Part shown: piece by piece, positions 59,905-64,000 of the stretch
How the letters are laid out: every line of letters starts with the position of its first letter
Numbering within the stretch: the first letter of the stretch is position 1
From: a virus
Taxonomy: Duplodnaviria; Caudoviricetes
DNA: 64,000 bases
Direction: 5' to 3' (one strand)
Virus record (IMG/VR): IMGVR_UViG_3300020438_003185
Coordinates: 322 to 64,321 of that record
Translations under genes and position numbers: made by a program
Notes under the pieces: generated by a model
Told to the model about the DNA's origin: nothing
Seen by the model: only the letters and a program-made list of their open reading frames with translations
The model's database searches: none

Positions 59905-61608
59905 TTATATCCTGTGTATACTAATTGTACTTGAGTCGAGAAAATTACCTGAAGCTTCTATATAAGCTTTGTCGCCAGAGGCCAGAGGAACGTGCCATAC
60001 TTTTCCAGCACTAGTAGGAAAATCAGTAGCACCAATATACTGCATATTACCAGTTGTCAAGACTTGATTGCCACTGGTAACTAATCTAAATTCAGCTAGT
60101 GGTGATAAAAGTTCTCCACCACTAGCAACTATGTTTGTACTAATAGTATATACTCCAGATTTAGGAGCTGAGTAGATATAAGTATTCGTATTAAAACTAG
60201 CAGGGTGAGAATTGGATTCTACAATATCAAAATTAAATGTAGAAAAAGAACTGTATTGTCTTGAAGAATTCATCGCCAAACTATTACCACTACCAACAGC
60301 GCTAAAATAAACAGGAGTATGATCTTCAACAAAATTGTCAAATTGATTATTAAGAACTTGAACTTTGTTGTCAAACACTCCACTAAAAGTGTCAACTTTA
60401 TTATCCGTCACCTCAAACTTATTATCGAACACGCCACTAAAGGTGTCAAATTGATTTTCCAGAGCTTGAAAATTATTATCCAAAACATTAAATTTGCTGT
60501 CTAGTGTATTGAATTTGTTATCAAATATACCGCTAAATGTATTAAACTGAGTGTCTAACCTTCCACTATGGTTAATAAAGAATTGGTCTGCTCTTCCAGA
60601 TTCAGCTATAAAGTGAGATACAATTCTTTCATTGTTATCACGATTCCAATCTATAAGATATCCAGAAAGAGCCACATACTTAGTATCCAATTCATCAGCC
60701 ACAACAGCATCTTTGGCATCCATAATCCCAATTAGATCTCCAGACGCTACTGCGAGTTTCGTAAGTGTAGCGTACTGATGGCTAAGATCAGGAATATCCG
60801 TAGCATACAACTGTCTGAATGAAGGGTAGTCTTCAGGACAAGCTCCATCACACACTCCAGTTGGAGCTGCAAAAACATAATTAACAGTTTGTTTTTTTAG
60901 CAGTGTGTATTCGTTGACAACACCGCTGTGTTCTATTACAAGTGAAGATTTAGAATTATTATCTGTCTGGTTGGGTAAGAAGTGTTTATACTGAATGCCG
61001 CCCACGTAGGAACTGTCATCTCCATTCGTAGCTCTGAATGTTACGCCACTTATACCTACGTAATAACCACTAGCTCTAACGGCAGATTGTTGAGAACCAT
61101 CACCACCAATGTCAATACCATAAACGGGGGTATTATTTTGTAATCCTAAAGATTTAAAATCTTGATTCCATATAAAATCAGAATCAGAATTAATCATATT
61201 GGCAGAGTTCCAGAAAGCAACAGAGTGTTGAGATGGAACAGAGAAATCAGCCAAACCAGAACCGCTATACACAGCATGAGTAGCTGGATAAGTAGCAAAT
61301 ATTTCTTTTGTACCAGTAGTAAAATTAACTAAGCCGTTTAAATTACTGCTGGAAAAAGGACTTCTAGTTATATAACTATATGAAACTGTTCCACCATTAG
61401 GTAAATCTCCTCCAGCTTTATAAAGGATACCGGAACCAATCTCATAATTTGTTCGATCAGCGATTGCGTAAAATACTGTATCTAAATGGTCAAAAGCATC
61501 TCCAAAAGAAGTGAAGCCAGCAACAGCACCAAGCAATCCAAAATTACCCTGACCAGTACTAGTGCTAGTTTCTTTTACTCTATCATGTATTTTAACTGTG
61601 TTTGACAC
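59905..61608 (-). CDS. Fibre protein: DRVKET N-terminus, coiled-coil stalk, C1q/TNF-like head
   Basis: DRVKETS.STG.G N-terminus; heptad repeats FDTFSGVFDNK; head PVYFSA...F...APKSGVYTIS...LASGDK.YI. Confidence 0.75.
   Translation of the reverse strand: MSNTVKIHDRVKETSTSTGQGNFGLLGAVAGFTSFGDAFDHLDTVFYAIADRTNYEIGSGILYKAGGDLPNGGTVSYSYITRSPFSSSNLNGLVNFTTGTKEIFATYPATHAVYSGSGLADFSVPSQHSVAFWNSANMINSDSDFIWNQDFKSLGLQNNTPVYGIDIGGDGSQQSAVRASGYYVGISGVTFRATNGDDSSYVGGIQYKHFLPNQTDNNSKSSLVIEHSGVVNEYTLLKKQTVNYVFAAPTGVCDGACPEDYPSFRQLYATDIPDLSHQYATLTKLAVASGDLIGIMDAKDAVVADELDTKYVALSGYLIDWNRDNNERIVSHFIAESGRADQFFINHSGRLDTQFNTFSGIFDNKFNTLDSKFNVLDNNFQALENQFDTFSGVFDNKFEVTDNKVDTFSGVFDNKVQVLNNQFDNFVEDHTPVYFSAVGSGNSLAMNSSRQYSSFSTFNFDIVESNSHPASFNTNTYIYSAPKSGVYTISTNIVASGGELLSPLAEFRLVTSGNQVLTTGNMQYIGATDFPTSAGKVWHVPLASGDKAYIEASGNFLDSSTISIHRI
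60340..60560. repeat. Coding repeats of the coiled-coil stalk
   Basis: TFSG(I/V)FDNK three times plus VLxNxF heptads. Confidence 0.75.
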
Positions 61609-61617
61609 TGTTTACTC

Positions 61618-62436
61618 CTATCTGATGCTTAGTATTACTAAATCATTATGTTTGGTGTTAGTATATTGGTTTTTTTTGTCTTGTACTACAAAAGTGCAAT
61701 GATCAGACTCTCTTATGCAGCAAGCGGCATTTATCATATTTACTTCTGAATCCGTTTCGTGACCATTGCTTGTGGTTATGGCGATGTAATCACCTTCTAA
61801 ATTTTCATTAAAAACTATTTTAAATTTTCCCTTACTTATTTTTTCTATTGAACTTACATTAAAGGATGTGTTAACTGTTATTGGGTTTGTAGTTGAATCA
61901 AAACTAATCCAAGCGTTTGCAGATCCAGCTACTGATGTTAATTTAGATTGATCTGAATCAAAAACTAAACTAGTATTACTAGCAAATAAAACATTTTCTT
62001 TTTGACTAGTATATCTTTTAAATGATATTCCATAATTATTTACACCTTGAGAGTTAACCCAAGCATCATTTAATCCTAAATTCCCCGTCATAAAATCGCC
62101 AGAGTTACTCAATAAATTATCATGAGCGTTTGGCGAGTCTAAATTTGTAAGATTATCATGCTCTACTGTGTTACTGCCCAAATAAGGAACTGTTTGAATA
62201 ACTTCTGGTGTAGAAGAATTAGGAAACTTTACTCCTGTGTCTAATTGTAAGTTAACGTTTTCTGATAAATATATGTTTTCTTTAAATTGAATGTTGGCAT
62301 TTTGTACTATTGGCATTACAGAATCTACTATATTCAAAGCCTGTAACAAAAAATCTACTTCTGTTAAGAAGTCTTCATTTACAAGCTTTGTTGATATTTC
62401 ATTTCTTAATATTGCAGGGTCTGTAAAAATTGTCAT
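61618..62436 (-). CDS. Short fibre/neck appendage protein (paralog B)
   Basis: QTVPY.G, SGD.MTG.LG and AWISFD...SFNVSSI....G.F...F motifs. Confidence 0.7.
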   Translation of the reverse strand: MTIFTDPAILRNEISTKLVNEDFLTEVDFLLQALNIVDSVMPIVQNANIQFKENIYLSENVNLQLDTGVKFPNSSTPEVIQTVPYLGSNTVEHDNLTNLDSPNAHDNLLSNSGDFMTGNLGLNDAWVNSQGVNNYGISFKRYTSQKENVLFASNTSLVFDSDQSKLTSVAGSANAWISFDSTTNPITVNTSFNVSSIEKISKGKFKIVFNENLEGDYIAITTSNGHETDSEVNMINAACCIRESDHCTFVVQDKKNQYTNTKHNDLVILSIR

Positions 62437-63425
62437 TACGTTACTACGGTTGCGAGGGTTGGCTTCTTTACTCCAGAAGGAACTCCATAAACTACTACAT
62501 CATTAATTTTAGCATCTACATATTGACTACCATCATTTTGCACTGCTAAAGTAAACACATCTCCACTACGAACAACAGCAGCCGCATTAACTAAGTCCAT
62601 ATCTCCAGCACTACCAGCGGCACTAGTACCATTGCAGTGAGCTACAACCACATAATTACCACTATCTAGCGGATCAAATACATGGCTAGCATCAAACCTA
62701 ATTGTATATTTACCTGAATCAATTCTCTCGATTGTATCAATACCCATAGAACTCTGTACTTCTACTCCAGTAGTTGGAGAAGAAGAAAACCTAATATATG
62801 CATGAGCTTGACCAATTGCTGAAGTCATGACAGAATGATCTCTATCAAATTCTAGATTACTGCCTGATCCGAGATGCACATGTTCTAGATTTGATTCTTT
62901 CCATTCAAAGTAAATACCTAGAGGTTCAGTTTCAAACGGCCCTCTAGAACTAATGCTATTAGCTGCAATATCAACTCCACCTATAGTTCTATAACCGCCC
63001 ATTCCGAGAGCGCCCGTCATGCTATCCCCAGATATTTGAACATACTGAGGGTGAGGATTTCCTACAGCTCTATTGGTTAAATCATTATGATTTATACTTT
63101 CTGGACCGGGATAAGGAACGGTTTGTAATTCGCTGCTACCGAACTGTATTCCAGAGTCTACAACGAGAATACCACCTCTAACCGCATCAGTCAGTGGGTC
63201 TAGGTTTTTTTGCAATCGCAAGCTTTCTTGAAAAGGATTGCCAGCAGTACTAAAGTCTCCACTAGCTACATTTTCTAAAATAGAATCAACAATATCTTCA
63301 AGATTAACTCTAATATCAGCAGCGCTAATACGACCGGAGTTATTGTCTGGTAAAAGCTGATTAATTCTACTTTTTATGCTGTCTTGCTGTCCAGCTGAAT
63401 CTTCTGTTAAATGTCTAATCGCCAT
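62436..63425 (-). CDS. Short fibre/neck appendage protein (paralog A)
   Basis: LPDNNSGRISAADIR, QTVPYPG, PHPQY, SGDSMTGALG, AYIRF...IERIDSGKYTIRF. Confidence 0.72.
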   Translation of the reverse strand: MAIRHLTEDSAGQQDSIKSRINQLLPDNNSGRISAADIRVNLEDIVDSILENVASGDFSTAGNPFQESLRLQKNLDPLTDAVRGGILVVDSGIQFGSSELQTVPYPGPESINHNDLTNRAVGNPHPQYVQISGDSMTGALGMGGYRTIGGVDIAANSISSRGPFETEPLGIYFEWKESNLEHVHLGSGSNLEFDRDHSVMTSAIGQAHAYIRFSSSPTTGVEVQSSMGIDTIERIDSGKYTIRFDASHVFDPLDSGNYVVVAHCNGTSAAGSAGDMDLVNAAAVVRSGDVFTLAVQNDGSQYVDAKINDVVVYGVPSGVKKPTLATVVT

Positions 63426-63437
63426 ATTTTTCTCCTT

Positions 63438-63959
63438 TTAATATCTAAAATATCCACCTCTAAGGTCAAGATCTGAATTAGACCTTTGAACAAAGTCACT
63501 ACCGGGACTATAAGGACCAAGGATGGCTTTGCCAGCAATGCTATTGCCAGCTTTGTAATCTAATAATAATTGATCGTATTTAGCACATATATCTTTATAC
63601 AGGCCCATTAAAGTGCCAGTAACATTTCGTAAATCTATTGAGCTTGGACCATCCTTGATAGCAATAGCATTTCCTGACTCTGCTTTAACTTCTCCTCCAA
63701 GAATTATACAAGCAGTTTTAAAGCTGACTAAAGCTATAAAATCATTATCTTTAGTTGCTTTTTCTGTAGGGTCGGGATCTAGTGTGCATGTTTCTACATT
63801 TATATCGTATGTTTGATTTAAATCAGTTTCTGTAGACAAGATGTTAGAAGCAACTAATATGGTCGTTTCTAATCTTCGAGATGAATATTTATAATTTGAT
63901 GGATCGACATCACTAATTAAATGCCTAACCATTGTAGAGATTTGACCTTGCCAAGACAT
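63438..63959 (-). CDS. Putative head-tail adaptor protein
   Basis: 173 aa; VRHLISD....YS...L N-terminus and IKDGPSSID beta hairpin; AGGTG RBS. Confidence 0.6.
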   Translation of the reverse strand: MSWQGQISTMVRHLISDVDPSNYKYSSRRLETTILVASNILSTETDLNQTYDINVETCTLDPDPTEKATKDNDFIALVSFKTACIILGGEVKAESGNAIAIKDGPSSIDLRNVTGTLMGLYKDICAKYDQLLLDYKAGNSIAGKAILGPYSPGSDFVQRSNSDLDLRGGYFRY

Positions 63960-64000
63960 ATATCACCTATAAATTGCAGTGTACTTTAAAAGAGTAAATA

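Noticed and set aside
1-64000. Stop-codon reassignment
   Set aside because: Very long ORFs and near-complete coding density under code 11; TAA, TAG and TGA all terminate genes.
1-64000. tRNA/rRNA genes, integrase, transposase, capsid or terminase
   Set aside because: None recognised; intergenic gaps are mostly too short for RNA genes, and head genes probably lie beyond the right edge.

Overview
An AT-rich, gene-dense segment of a large tailed dsDNA phage genome (Caudoviricetes, standard genetic code). A DUF1559/H-X9-DG gene at the left edge points to a Planctomycetota host (inference). The + strand (1-22017) is a replication and accessory arm: DnaB, DnaG, dNMP kinase, Cas4/RecB-like nuclease, a DnaE split into two genes around a DEDDh exonuclease with no visible intein, SSB, a putative annealing protein, and about ten glycosylation-related genes, several of them degenerate. 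The - strand (22079-63959) is a neck/tail morphogenesis arm: putative head-tail proteins, tail tube, a 2636-aa tape measure, a 4523-aa adhesin-like protein and fibres. The arms converge on a hairpin terminator. Main leads: (1) a possible phage-encoded virion O-glycosylation system (glycosyltransferase cluster, Ser-Gly-enriched virion proteins, a mucin-like tail); (2) the intein-less split DnaE; (3) an integrin-alpha-like 7-repeat propeller with a MIDAS-like insert; (4) a nuclease-like cargo flanked by duplicated modules inside the tape measure; (5) apparent window-wide CCWGG avoidance; (6) a GTGTAT late-promoter candidate and a uORF/hairpin switch. All calls come from reading motifs by eye; no database search was run.
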